A DNA stretch of 64,000 nt from an uncultured Myxococcales bacterium (GTDB taxonomy: Bacteria; Desulfobacterota; Binatia; UBA1149; SPBQ01): assembly GCA_964555245.1 (NCBI GenBank), contig CAZKRI010000032.1, positions 93,239-157,238 on the forward strand, written 5' to 3'. Shown here piece after piece: positions 25,085 to 35,400 of the stretch (its first letter is position 1; the number at the start of each line of letters is the position of its first letter). The notes under the pieces are model-generated. The model ran no database searches and had not been told where the DNA came from. It worked only from the letters and a program-made list of their open reading frames with translations. The position numbers and the translations under genes are program-made.

Positions 25085-26516
25085 CGGAATCGTCGTGAGG
25101 GCGAGCGGATCCCAAACATCGCCGTCCGGTGAAAAGTTCGCGCCGAGGCACGGAGGTCCGAGCGGTGGAGGAGGCGGCAGAGTTACCGAGCCGGGCGCCC
25201 CTGAGATCGTCTGGGCAACGATCGACGATCTCTACGTCCACCGTCCGGACGGTACCCTGGTGCTCGGTTTTCGGGTCGCTGCGCCCCCCCAGCATGAGTT
25301 CCGGACGGTTCCGACCCTGGCCGACCTCGACGGAGACGGGAGCCTCGACATCGTGGTCGGGGCACGTGGCGATACCGCGAGCGATCCCGGTCAAGTCCTC
25401 GCCTTCCGTTACTCCAGCGGCAACCCGACTCTGCTGCCGGGCTGGCCTCGAGAGGTGGACGACAACTCTCTCTACGCATCCGCGTCGGTGGGAGATCTCG
25501 ACGGTGGTGGACCGGATGTCGTCGTGGAGAGCTACGACCGAATCTATGCCTGGCACGCCGACGGCACACCGGTCGCCGGCCTGCACGGCGCGCCGCTGGC
25601 GGCTCCCATCGATCAGGCCGAGACCGCGGGGTCGGGGTCGGTCCGGTCTTCGTCGCAACCGGCGCTCGCAGACCTGAACGGCGACGGGACGCTCGAGATC
25701 ATCGTCGGCTCCAACGTCCTGCGTGCCGACGGAACCGCTCTGCCCGGATGGGAGGGCGCGAAGCCTGGCGCTAGGAATAGCCTGTCGGCGGCCGTGGGAG
25801 ATCTCGACGGCGTGGCCGGCAACGGTTTCGAAGTCGTGCTTGGAACGGATGCCTGGCATGCCGACGGGACCACTGTCACGGGTCGCCCGTTTCCCTCTCC
25901 CCTCGCCTCCGCAGTGCTCGGCGACTGCGGCGATGGGGATCTCGACACGATCGTCGGCTCGCGCGATCCGTTCGAACCAGGCGTTGCCGCGTTTCGTCCG
26001 GACGGAACCATGCTGGAGGGATATCCGAAGAGTCTCTACGGAAATACGGGAGATGCGGGTGCACCGGTGATCGGCGACTTCGACGCCGACGGGCTCGTCG
26101 ACGTCGCCACCGCCATCACGGACGCCGGCTATGGCGGTGTGGTCGCGGTGTGGGACATGCCCGGCACCAACCACGACGAGCGTCACGCCTGGCCCATGCT
26201 CGGGCATGACGTCCGGCACACCGGCCTCTACACCCTCCCCCCGCCCAACCGGCCCGCGAACCTCGCGGCAACCCTAGAGGACGGGGCTTTGCGGTTGACG
26301 TGGGAAGACCGGAGCGCCGTCGAGGATGCCTATGTCGTCGAGCGTTCGGCCACGGGCGCACCGTGGACTTACTCCGCGATCGCCCAGCTCCCGGCCAACA
26401 CGACGGCGTACGTAACTCCTGTCGTCGGGGGAACCTATCGCGTCCGCGCCACACGACAGGATCCACAAAGCGGAACGAGCCTCTCGTCCGTGGCCTCGGA
26501 CCCGGTCCAGCCGTAG
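24957..26516 (+). CDS. FG-GAP / integrin-alpha-type beta-propeller repeat protein with a C-terminal fibronectin-III-like segment. True start is probably downstream of 24957.
   Basis: Repeats LADLDGDGSLDIVVG, VGDLDGGGPDVVV, LADLNGDGTLEIIVG, VGDLDGVAGNGFEVVLG, GDFDADGLVDVA. The N-terminal 40-70 aa are G/P-rich low-complexity and overlap the minus ORF. Confidence 0.55.
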   Translation: MLTAPGGMGNGRPGGATRPVEKPSRFAGTGGPNQPSPQPGGAIGIVVRASGSQTSPSGEKFAPRHGGPSGGGGGRVTEPGAPEIVWATIDDLYVHRPDGTLVLGFRVAAPPQHEFRTVPTLADLDGDGSLDIVVGARGDTASDPGQVLAFRYSSGNPTLLPGWPREVDDNSLYASASVGDLDGGGPDVVVESYDRIYAWHADGTPVAGLHGAPLAAPIDQAETAGSGSVRSSSQPALADLNGDGTLEIIVGSNVLRADGTALPGWEGAKPGARNSLSAAVGDLDGVAGNGFEVVLGTDAWHADGTTVTGRPFPSPLASAVLGDCGDGDLDTIVGSRDPFEPGVAAFRPDGTMLEGYPKSLYGNTGDAGAPVIGDFDADGLVDVATAITDAGYGGVVAVWDMPGTNHDERHAWPMLGHDVRHTGLYTLPPPNRPANLAATLEDGALRLTWEDRSAVEDAYVVERSATGAPWTYSAIAQLPANTTAYVTPVVGGTYRVRATRQDPQSGTSLSSVASDPVQP

Positions 26517-26553
26517 CGCTGGGCAGTGACGTCAGCCAGCGCGAAGCGAGAGC

Positions 26554-27867
26554 CTATCCCGCATCCCCCGCTGCCCGGATCCGCCGCAGCAGCACCTTTG
26601 CATCCCGCTGTTCCGGCTCGAGCGCGAGGCTTTGCTGCCAGTGCTCGCGGGCTTCGACCAGCCGGCCTTCCTGGCGCAACAGGTTGCCGAGGTAGCGGTG
26701 CACGTCGGCCATCGCTTGGTTCTGGTCGAGCGCCCGCCGGTAGGCCGCCTCGGCACGTGCGCGGTCGCCGAGCCTCTCGTAGAGGACTCCGAGGTTCTTG
26801 TGGGGGCGCGCGTAGTCAGGACTGATCGCGATGGCACGCTGGTACGCTCGCTCGGCCTCATCGAGTTTGCCGGCATGATGCAGAGCCACTCCGAGATCGT
26901 TTTGCACCTTCTCGTCTTGCGGCTCGAGCGCAGCAGCACGGGTAAACGCCTCGATCGCCTTTTCACGATCGCGAGCACGCAGGGCGGCCCGCCCCATCCG
27001 GCGCCAGATCTCGGCATCCTCCGGCCTGAGCGTGGCAGCCTCGGCATAGGCGATGAGCGCGCGATCGTACTGCTTGTTGTCCACGAACTTGTCCCCGGCG
27101 CGACGGTGCAGGTAGACGGGGTTCGAGAGCGTAAGCAGACCGATCGCCACTGCCGCGACCGCGGCCAGGCCACCGGCGGCGCCGAGCACACGCCAGACCG
27201 ACAGACGCGACAGCGGCAACGCCTGACGTACGCGGGCGATCGCAAAGCAAGCAAAGGCTGCCAGGATGCAGGTCCCGCCCACCATCTCGCAGGCCTCTTC
27301 GAGCGCGACCTCGATCCGGTACAGCCCCGCGGGAATGAAGTAGGGTTTGGCCGCGCCCTCCAGGATGAAGCTCGCCGTCCATAGTCCCAGCCCGGCCAGC
27401 CCGAGCCCCTTTGCGCCCGGCAGCGGCCCCAAACGCGTCTGCAGGAGGGAGACGATGACGACAAAGGCTGCGACGATGCCCGGCGCAAAGATGAGCTGCC
27501 AGGGCAGCACACCTTGAAGGAGCGAGTCGGCCGGAAAGAACGCCCGCACCGCGTGGGTCAGCACGCGCTCGTGCAAGGCGAGCGCTTCATCGGCCGAGAG
27601 ATAGAAGAAGCCCAAGCCGACCACCGGCCAGATCCACGTGGACCACTGCGGGCTCCCCACGTCGCGCCGCTCGGCCTCGAATGCGAATAGGCAGGTGCCG
27701 CCGATGCCTGCAAGCTGAAGCGCCGAGAACCAGGCCGGCAGCGTGTGCTCCTTGTCGAGATCGACCAGAGCGATGTCGGGCAGCAACAGGTGCGCGGCCA
27801 CGAGCAACGCCTCAACGGCGCCTATCGCGACTGCGTAGGGAAGAAGAATTCGCCACGCGCTACGCAT
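26554..27867 (-). CDS. Integral membrane protein with N-terminal multi-TM region and C-terminal TPR repeats.
   Basis: Several hydrophobic helices (aa 1-250), then TPR-like repeats (AIEAFTRAAALEP…AERAYQRAIAISP…AEAAYRRALD). Confidence 0.65.
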   Translation of the reverse strand: MRSAWRILLPYAVAIGAVEALLVAAHLLLPDIALVDLDKEHTLPAWFSALQLAGIGGTCLFAFEAERRDVGSPQWSTWIWPVVGLGFFYLSADEALALHERVLTHAVRAFFPADSLLQGVLPWQLIFAPGIVAAFVVIVSLLQTRLGPLPGAKGLGLAGLGLWTASFILEGAAKPYFIPAGLYRIEVALEEACEMVGGTCILAAFACFAIARVRQALPLSRLSVWRVLGAAGGLAAVAAVAIGLLTLSNPVYLHRRAGDKFVDNKQYDRALIAYAEAATLRPEDAEIWRRMGRAALRARDREKAIEAFTRAAALEPQDEKVQNDLGVALHHAGKLDEAERAYQRAIAISPDYARPHKNLGVLYERLGDRARAEAAYRRALDQNQAMADVHRYLGNLLRQEGRLVEAREHWQQSLALEPEQRDAKVLLRRIRAAGDAG

Positions 27868-27905
27868 GGCGCAACAGGCCGATGCTGAGCGAGGCTAGAC
27901 CGCCC

Positions 27906-28691
27906 TCAGTCGCCGCCGCCGGGGCCGGAGGTGTCGTCCTCGTCCTCCGAAACGCTGGGCGAGACTTCTTCGTCGTCGCCGTCAGACTCGCTGGGCGAGG
28001 GCTGCTCATCGTCGCTCACGCTCGGTGAAACGTCGTCCTCGCTCACCGAGGCGGATGCCGACGCGCTAGGGTCAGCGGAGGGCTCCCCATCGGCGGGGCT
28101 GGCGGAGGGTGAGACCGACGCGCTGGGCTCGTCCTCTTGCGTGCCGTCGCCGTCACCGCCGTCGACCGGGCTGACCGAAGCCGATGCCGACGGAGAGACG
28201 CTCGGATCATCCTCCGGGTCCCCGTCGAAGGGGCTCACCGACGGGGAGGCGCTCACGCTCGGCTCTTCGGTGCCGGTATCGGGCACATCGCCTTCCAGAA
28301 TTGGGCCGCCCTCGGTATCCGCTACCACGAGGGTGCAGGCGCCCGGGTCGAAGTCCAGGGGTTCGTCGCGGCTGCTGCGCCGATCGCCGGCACGCAATCG
28401 TACCTTGCCTCCGCCACCTCCATTGGTGGCGATGTCGGCCACGTGAGCACCGCCGCAGAGCACCTTGAACCCAGAGTCCGCGGCCAAGCCCGCCACCCGG
28501 ATCTTCAAGCTCGCGCCCGAGTGGCCGCCGCGATTCTTGAATGCTGCGCTCCCGGTCGCACTGGACCCGGCGGTCGAAGCGGAAAGCGCGGTCTTTGATT
28601 TGCTGCCGCCTGAGACTGCCACGCCCGTCAGGAGCAGCACCATCGAAGCGACGGATGAAAGACAAGCGATGCGCCGGAAAACAGTGGTCAT
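27906..28691 (-). CDS. Secreted protein with extremely acidic Ser/Pro/Asp/Glu-rich low-complexity C-terminal half.
   Basis: Signal-like N-terminus (IACLSSVASMVLLLTGVAVSGG). GGAGG RBS. Repetitive SVSPSASASVSP… tail. Confidence 0.5.
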   Translation of the reverse strand: MTTVFRRIACLSSVASMVLLLTGVAVSGGSKSKTALSASTAGSSATGSAAFKNRGGHSGASLKIRVAGLAADSGFKVLCGGAHVADIATNGGGGGKVRLRAGDRRSSRDEPLDFDPGACTLVVADTEGGPILEGDVPDTGTEEPSVSASPSVSPFDGDPEDDPSVSPSASASVSPVDGGDGDGTQEDEPSASVSPSASPADGEPSADPSASASASVSEDDVSPSVSDDEQPSPSESDGDDEEVSPSVSEDEDDTSGPGGGD

Positions 28692-28824
28692 GGTGGAACC
28701 TCCTGGAAGAATGATGTTCTGCCCTTAATACAGTGCACCCGCTCGCGCAAGTCGTTGATGAGTCGCAGCAGCGAGCGTCGCCCCGCCGGCTTAGGACTAG
28801 CGTCCTACTTCGATCGAGTGGGAA

Positions 28825-29586
28825 TCAGATGCTCATCATCCCCCGGCGTGGGACGTTGGTTCCGTAGGTTTCGCTCGCGATCGGGGCGCCCATCTCGGCC
28901 AAGACCGTGCGCTGTTGCGCGAGCGGAGTGCGCATCGAGCGATCCTCGAACGGCCTGAGCCGCGCGAATTCATCGAGCGCCAGAACACGGTCGACGTATC
29001 CCGCAGTTCGGGGCCAGCGAGCCGATTCGATCGAGAAGCCTGCGAATGCGGCGTTGCGGAAGAACGTCGCGATCGAGATGTCGGCAATCGAAGGCGCGCC
29101 GAACAAGAATCCGTCCGGCGGCGCGATGCTCTCGAGGTAGTCGAGCACACTTGGGATTTCTTCCCGCCGCGCGCGCTCGACGACGGCCTCGTCGGTCGGC
29201 TCCCCCCAGACGAACGGCCGGATGACGAGCTGATTGAAGAAACGCCAGATCAGCACCTCTCCCATGCGCGTGTCGGCGAACTCCTCCAACCAGCGGGCCT
29301 TCGCCCGGTCCACCACGTCGATCGGATAGAGCGCGGGCTCTGGATAACGGTCCTCGAGGTACTGACAGATGACCGAGGAGTCGGCGAGCGTGACCCGGTC
29401 GTCCACGAGTACGGGAACCCGGCGCACCGGGCTCAGCTTGGCGAATCGGTCATCGCCCAGAAACGGAACGATCGGATCGATGCGGTACGGTATGCCCTTG
29501 AAGTGCAGGACGACCAAGACTTTGCGGACGTAGGGGGAGACGTACGATCCAATGATCGTGACCGGGGGTCGCGCGACCTCAGGCAT
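28825..29586 (-). CDS. Glutathione S-transferase family protein.
   Basis: Thioredoxin-like N-domain (VSPYVRKVLVVLHFKGIPY…RRVPVLVDD) and helical C-domain. Confidence 0.75.
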   Translation of the reverse strand: MPEVARPPVTIIGSYVSPYVRKVLVVLHFKGIPYRIDPIVPFLGDDRFAKLSPVRRVPVLVDDRVTLADSSVICQYLEDRYPEPALYPIDVVDRAKARWLEEFADTRMGEVLIWRFFNQLVIRPFVWGEPTDEAVVERARREEIPSVLDYLESIAPPDGFLFGAPSIADISIATFFRNAAFAGFSIESARWPRTAGYVDRVLALDEFARLRPFEDRSMRTPLAQQRTVLAEMGAPIASETYGTNVPRRGMMSI

Positions 29587-29591
29587 ACGGG

Positions 29592-30039
29592 TCAGACATA
29601 GGAAGGATCGAATTCGCCGCCGTTCTTGCCGACCCAGGCGACCGTCTCATCGCCGATCCCGTCCTCGTAGGTGTCCGAGAGGTAGACGATTCGATCGTCT
29701 TGGTAGCGAGCCTCGGAACGGCCGCGAATGGTCACCGGTGCCATCCCTTTGCCCTCGTAGGTTCCCTTCCAGGGCACGGCGACGCCGTCGGGTTGCATCT
29801 CGGGAGCGCCGGTAACCTCAACCCGCCGGACGGCGAACTTGCGATCGAAGCCGTCGAGCGACTTGCGGATCCCGCGCAGAACCGCGGCGCGGCCTTCCAG
29901 CCGGCAGGCGAAGGGAACGTTCTTGACCTCGTAGACGGCGTCCTCGGTAAAGTATCGTTCCAGGCGCGACCAATCGTCGTCGAGATAGGTCTTCTCGAAG
30001 TCGGCCGCGTAGGCGACGAAACGGTCGAGAAAATTCATC
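29592..30039 (-). CDS. SnoaL-like / NTF2-fold protein. Start at MNFLDRF (ATG 30039) with GGAGG RBS; the long upstream extension is rejected.
   Basis: GGAGG 7 nt upstream of the ATG. Family-like length (148 aa). The upstream extension is Ala/Arg-rich. Confidence 0.6.
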
Positions 30040-30177
30040 ACGGTACCTCCGTGCGTTGCCGCGGCGGCCAGTATCCCGGCGGCGGTGCCTGTGACAAGCG
30101 CGCCCCACGGCAGCCTTGACAAGCACCGGTTGCGCGGGTGTATCGTCCAACGGCCGCCGGCAGTCCCGGCGGCGAAC

Positions 30178-32253
30178 ATGCCCCGCACCCGAATAGCAAC
30201 CAAGGGGCTTTCCCTGACCGTATCGCTGCTGGCCGTAGCCGCGGTCGCGCACGCGCAGCCCTGCACGACGGTCGATGAAGCGCGCGCGGTGCTCAAGGCG
30301 GCCAAGTCCGAGGTCCGGTGCAACGACCGCCGGCTGGCATCAGACCCAGCCCACGTGTGCACGATCGAGGCGGCTCCCGCGTGCTCGGCAGCTCTCGTCG
30401 ACGATACCGTCGCGCTGGCCTACGGAGCGAACAATCCGCCCCTCGCCGCCGTCGATCGCTCGACGCTTCGCGACCAGCTTCGCTGCCAGCGTGCGATCGG
30501 CAAGGGAAGCGCATCCTTCATCGGGCTCAAGCTCAAGTTCCTCGTTCAGGGATCGAGCGCAGCTGAAGCGGAGCTTCGAGCACGCAAGCGTCTGGACCGC
30601 CTGCCCGACCGATGCGCCGTCGGCGTGGCCCAGAGCAACGGTGTTCTGCTGCCGGCGGTTGGCCCCCAGCTCGCAGCTGCGGTCGGCGGTGCCGGCTCAA
30701 CCGTGGACGCGGTCGCACTGCCCGCTGCGTTCGTGACGCTGCTGGAGACCTGGGTCGACCGGATCGGGCCCAACCCGCAGCCACTCAAGCCCAACATCGT
30801 GCTGATCATCACCGACGATCAGCGCGGGGATACGATCGCACCGCAGTTCATGCCCAAGCTCACCGCCGAGCTGGTCGACTCGGGTGTGCTGTTCCCCAAC
30901 GGCTTCTCCTCCAATCCGGTGTGCTGCCCGAGCCGGGCGAGCATCTTGAGTGGCCAGTACGCCCACAACCACGGGGTGCTGCAGAACCGCGAGGGCGATC
31001 CGTTGAATCCCACTGGTGGGATCCAGGCGTTCAACGACGTCTCGACCTTGTCCACTTGGCTGCGCGACCAGGCTGGCTACCGGACCGGGCTGTTCGGCAA
31101 GTACCTCAACGGCTACCGCCAGTTCAGCAACGATTACGCCGCAAGCCACGGAGGGTTGCAGTACGTTCCGCCTGGATGGGACCGCTGGTACGCCGTTCAC
31201 GGTGGCGGAGGTCAGTACGGGATCACGTTCGCCGATGAGACCGGGGCGATCGTCGACACCGACCCGGGGAGCTGCGTCGATCTTCCTCTCGGCCAGGAGT
31301 GCGCGGCCACCCAGGCCCCCGATTGTCCGCACTCGACCGACCACCTGCGGGACAAAGCGATCTCGTTCATCGACGAGGCGCTCGGGCTCGGGAAGAGGTT
31401 CTTCCTCTATCTGTCGACGCAGTCGCCGCACGGGCCGGCCTGTCCGGCCATGCGGCACCTTGGAATGTTCGCGGGGCTTCCACCCCACCGGCCGCCCAAC
31501 TACAACGAGGGTGAGCCGGGGCAGGATCCCGACAACGACAAGCCCGCCTGGCTCCGGCAGCAAGGCCCCATCGACGCCGCCGCGATCGACCAGTTCCGGA
31601 TCAATCAGCTCGAGTCGTTGCAGAGCGTCGACGAGGCCATCGAGGCGATCATGCAGAAGCTGCGCGACACCGGGCACGACCGGGACACGATCGTGATCGT
31701 GTACGGCGACAACGGCTACCTCTGGGGCGAGCATCGTCGCGAGAAGAAGTCCTGCCCGTACGAAGAGTGCCTCCGGGTTCCCTTCCTGGTCCGCTACCCG
31801 CCGCTGGCTCCGCTGCCGCGCAGCGACGACGGCCCGGTGATGAACATCGACCTCGCCCCCACCCTCGCGGCACTAGCTGGTCTTGCTCCCGCCGGGCTGC
31901 TGCCGCCAATCGACGGGCTGAGCATGGTCGACCAACTCGACGGCACCGAGGCCGCCTGGCGCACCGACATTCTGGGCGAGCACTGGGGTAGCGAGCCTCA
32001 GCCTGGCGATCTTTCCCCACCGATCCCGACCTTCGCCTTGGTCCGTGGCCCGCAGTGGAAGTACACGGAATACTGCACCGGGGAGACCGAGCTCTACGAT
32101 CTCACGCAGGATCCCAACGAGCTGACCAACATCGCCGGCGCCAACCCCGGCGTGGTCGCCACGATGGCCGCACGGTTGCGCGAACTGAACGACGAATGGC
32201 CGGCAACGATCCCGTTTACCTGCGGCATCTTCGACGACGACGAGAACGAGTAA
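30178..32253 (+). CDS. Cys-type sulfatase (arylsulfatase family) with signal peptide and an extra N-terminal Cys-containing domain of roughly 200 aa.
   Basis: CCPSRASILSGQYAHNHG is the sulfatase C-x-P-x-R formylglycine motif. Start at MPRTRIATKGLSLTVSLLAVAAVAHA. Confidence 0.85.
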   Translation: MPRTRIATKGLSLTVSLLAVAAVAHAQPCTTVDEARAVLKAAKSEVRCNDRRLASDPAHVCTIEAAPACSAALVDDTVALAYGANNPPLAAVDRSTLRDQLRCQRAIGKGSASFIGLKLKFLVQGSSAAEAELRARKRLDRLPDRCAVGVAQSNGVLLPAVGPQLAAAVGGAGSTVDAVALPAAFVTLLETWVDRIGPNPQPLKPNIVLIITDDQRGDTIAPQFMPKLTAELVDSGVLFPNGFSSNPVCCPSRASILSGQYAHNHGVLQNREGDPLNPTGGIQAFNDVSTLSTWLRDQAGYRTGLFGKYLNGYRQFSNDYAASHGGLQYVPPGWDRWYAVHGGGGQYGITFADETGAIVDTDPGSCVDLPLGQECAATQAPDCPHSTDHLRDKAISFIDEALGLGKRFFLYLSTQSPHGPACPAMRHLGMFAGLPPHRPPNYNEGEPGQDPDNDKPAWLRQQGPIDAAAIDQFRINQLESLQSVDEAIEAIMQKLRDTGHDRDTIVIVYGDNGYLWGEHRREKKSCPYEECLRVPFLVRYPPLAPLPRSDDGPVMNIDLAPTLAALAGLAPAGLLPPIDGLSMVDQLDGTEAAWRTDILGEHWGSEPQPGDLSPPIPTFALVRGPQWKYTEYCTGETELYDLTQDPNELTNIAGANPGVVATMAARLRELNDEWPATIPFTCGIFDDDENE

Positions 32254-32265
32254 CCAGGAAACACG

Positions 32266-32299
32266 ACCCGATGGGGAACGGCACACGCCCCCCATCGGG
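32266..32299 (+). terminator. Intrinsic-terminator-like hairpin just 3' of the sulfatase stop codon.
   Basis: CCCGATGGGG-aacggcacacgc-CCCCATCGGG (10-bp stem), followed by UAAAUCU. Confidence 0.4.
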
Positions 32300-32458
32300 G
32301 TAAATCTCCGACGCAGCGGCGTACGTCTCTTGACCTAGGCACCGGAGTAGGACGAAAGTCCAGGGGTTTTTACGGACCTTTGTCGGGGGCAGCGGCCGGC
32401 GCACATCGATGTTCCCCGGAAGCTGCCTGTCGGCGTTCATCAGAGGGAGGGTACCGGC

Positions 32459-35400
32459 ATGCCGACAGTCACCAGTCGTTTTGCACGCGCGGTGGCCACG
32501 GTCGCCTGCGCATTGTTGCTATCCGCCGCCAGGGCACTGGCCGGCGGCGCGGTGATGGTCGTCGGCCACGATGCTGACGATCACGGCTTCGAAGCCACGT
32601 ACGCCGATCTCTACGACCTGCTGCTCGCCAGCACCACCAACGGCAGCAGCGGCATTCTCGCCATCGGCGCCGACGCCGGCTCGGCCGCCGGCAACTGGAT
32701 CACCACCGTTGCCGGCCTCATGAACACACCGCAGACGGTCACCTTCGTCAACGACGCCGCAATCTCGACGGCCTCGTTCTCCGGCTTCGCCATCATCCAC
32801 GTGCCGAGCACGAACATCGATACCCCCGGCGGCATCAATTCGACCACCGAGCAGCCGCTGCTGGTCGCCCGCGCCGTCGACATCGCCGGCTTCATCAATG
32901 GGGGCGGCTCCCTCTTCGGACTTACTCAGGACAGCGTCACGGACGCCTACGGGTATCTGGGGTTGTTCGCGGAGATCACCTCCGTCGGAGTTCCGGCGAG
33001 CGGGGACTGTGGCGGCGGTCAACAGTTCGACAACATCACGTCCACTCCAGCGGGGCAGGCTCTCGGCATCACCGACACGAACGTGGATGGGTGCTGCTGG
33101 CACAATTCGTTCACGAGCTACCCGGCCTTCTTGCAACCGCTCGCGACGGTGGACGAGCCCGGGTGCACCAGCCCGGTCATCGACGGCCATGCAGCGATGC
33201 TCGGCTGTCTGAACTGCACCTTGCCCGGCCAGATGAGCCTGGCGCCGGCGGTTGATCTCAACCCGCCCGGGACCAGCCACACCGTAACCTCGACGTTCCT
33301 CGAAGGCCTCGCGCCGAACGACCCCATCGTGGGCGTGCTCACCGATTATGACGTCATTTCGGGTCCCAACGCCGGGGCGAACGGTACGGACACCACCAAC
33401 GTCAACGGCCAGGCTTCGTTCACCTACACCAGCAATGGAAGCATCGGAGTGGACCGGATTCAGGCTGCCGCCCAGGATCCGAGCACGCTCGACATCGTGA
33501 CCTCCAACACGGCGATCAAGTTCTGGGACGAAGACTGCAACAGCAACTCGATCCCGGACACCTGCGATCTGGACTGCAACGGATTCGCCGACGACTGCCT
33601 GCTCTTCGCTGGCTGCGGCACGAGCGCCGATGCGAACGGCAACAGTGTGCCCGATGACTGCGATGAGTGCTTGACGGACGCCGACTGCGACGACGGCAAC
33701 GTCTGCACGGACGACGATTGCGTGTTGCCTGCCGCGCAGTGCACGAACATCCCGAATACCGCGCCCTGCGACGACGGCTTGTTCTGCACCGCAACCGACG
33801 TGTGTGCCGGCGGCGTCTGCACGGGCTCCGGTGATCCCTGCCCCGGCCAATTCTGCGACGAAGCGAACGATCAGTGCGCGGACTGTACGGCGAACGCTCA
33901 GTGCGACGACGGCATCGCGTGCACCGTCGACACCTGTACGCCGGGCGGCACATGCGCGAGCGCGCCCGACGACAGCTTGTGTCCGGATACGACGTGCACG
34001 AACGGTGTCTGCAACGCGATCAGCGGCTGCGGGAGCACGCCCACCAACGAAGGCGGGCCCTGCGACGACGGGAACTCCTGCACGACCAACGACGTCTGCA
34101 TCGCGGGAGTCTGCACCGGCACGAGCGACACCTGCGGCAACGGCACCGTGGAACCCGCGTGCGGTGAGACCTGCGAGCCACCGGGCACGCTCACCTGCGC
34201 CAGCGACTGCACCGACGCGGAGTTCTGTCGCGGGCCCATCCCGCCCCCGGGCGTCGACTGCAACGATCCCCTCACTCCGCCCGAGCTGTGCGACCCCTGC
34301 GATCTGATCTGCTTCCCGGGGGAGCAGCCGACCGTGCGGCGCGCCGCCGGTCGCATCGGGTTCGTCTCGGACGAGAACTACACCGGCACCAATATCGACG
34401 GGAACGACGAGATCCACATCTTCGATCTCAAGCACTTCTTGCGACGCAAGAAGAAAGGCGCCGCCCAGCCTGTTGCGCTGATCGATTCGGTGGTGCAGAT
34501 CACCGACACGACGGTCAACGGTGTCAGCGCCATCGCCGTCAACGAAGCACCGAGCTTCAATGCAAGTGGACGCTATCTGGCGTTCGCATCCAACGCGGAC
34601 GTGTTCGGCGATGGCTTGAGCGATGACGGCAACAACGAGATCTTCCACCACAAGCTCACCGTCAAGAAGAGCAAGATCATCAAGACCAAGATCACGGTCG
34701 ACCTCCAGGAGAGCAACCGCATCACGGCCACCGCCGGCGTCGACAACCGCAACCCGAACCTGCGCGCCTTCCGCGGCAACCTCCTCATCTTCGACTCGCC
34801 CGGGGATCTGGTCCCCGACCGCTGCTCGGGCGGCGACCTCGATCTCGAGCTTTGCACCACCAACGCCGACTGTGCCGGCGCCGTCTGCGGCAACCCCGAG
34901 GGCAACCGCGAGGTTTTCGAGTGGGTCCGTAGCGAAAGCTCGGGCGACACGCCGTTGCGGCAGCTAACGGCTTCACCCAGCGGCACGAGTACCGTGGGCC
35001 AGGCCGGCAACTTCAACACCAAGGCTACCGTCTTCTCGAGCGACGCCGACCTGATCGGTCAGAATCCGGACGGAATCGGCCAGATCTATCGAATCATCAA
35101 GAAACCCGAGAACCTGGTGCAGATCAGTCAGCTCACCGACGCGACCACCCCCGGGGCCACCGCCAGCGACCCGGTGCAGTCACGCAAGCCGCTCGCCACG
35201 TTCATTTCGGATGCCGACCTGACCGGAGCCAACCCGCTGACGCTCGATCAGGTCTTCCTGTGGCGCGAGAGCGGCGCACCGGCGTTCACGCAGATAACCG
35301 ACACTCCGAGCGGGCTCTGCGAGTACGACGCGCCGGCGATCGACGGCGGCGGGCGGTACATCGCGCTCGCCACCAACTGCGATCTCTTGGACAGCACCGT

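Noticed and set aside
24942-26219. 425-aa minus-strand ORF
   Set aside because: Antisense to the FG-GAP repeat frame, which carries recognisable repeats. Its translation is Arg/Gly-rich.
26532-27512. 326-aa minus ORF overlapping the membrane/TPR gene in another frame
   Set aside because: Ser/Arg-rich, with no hydrophobic helices. The 26554..27867 frame has TM helices and TPR repeats.
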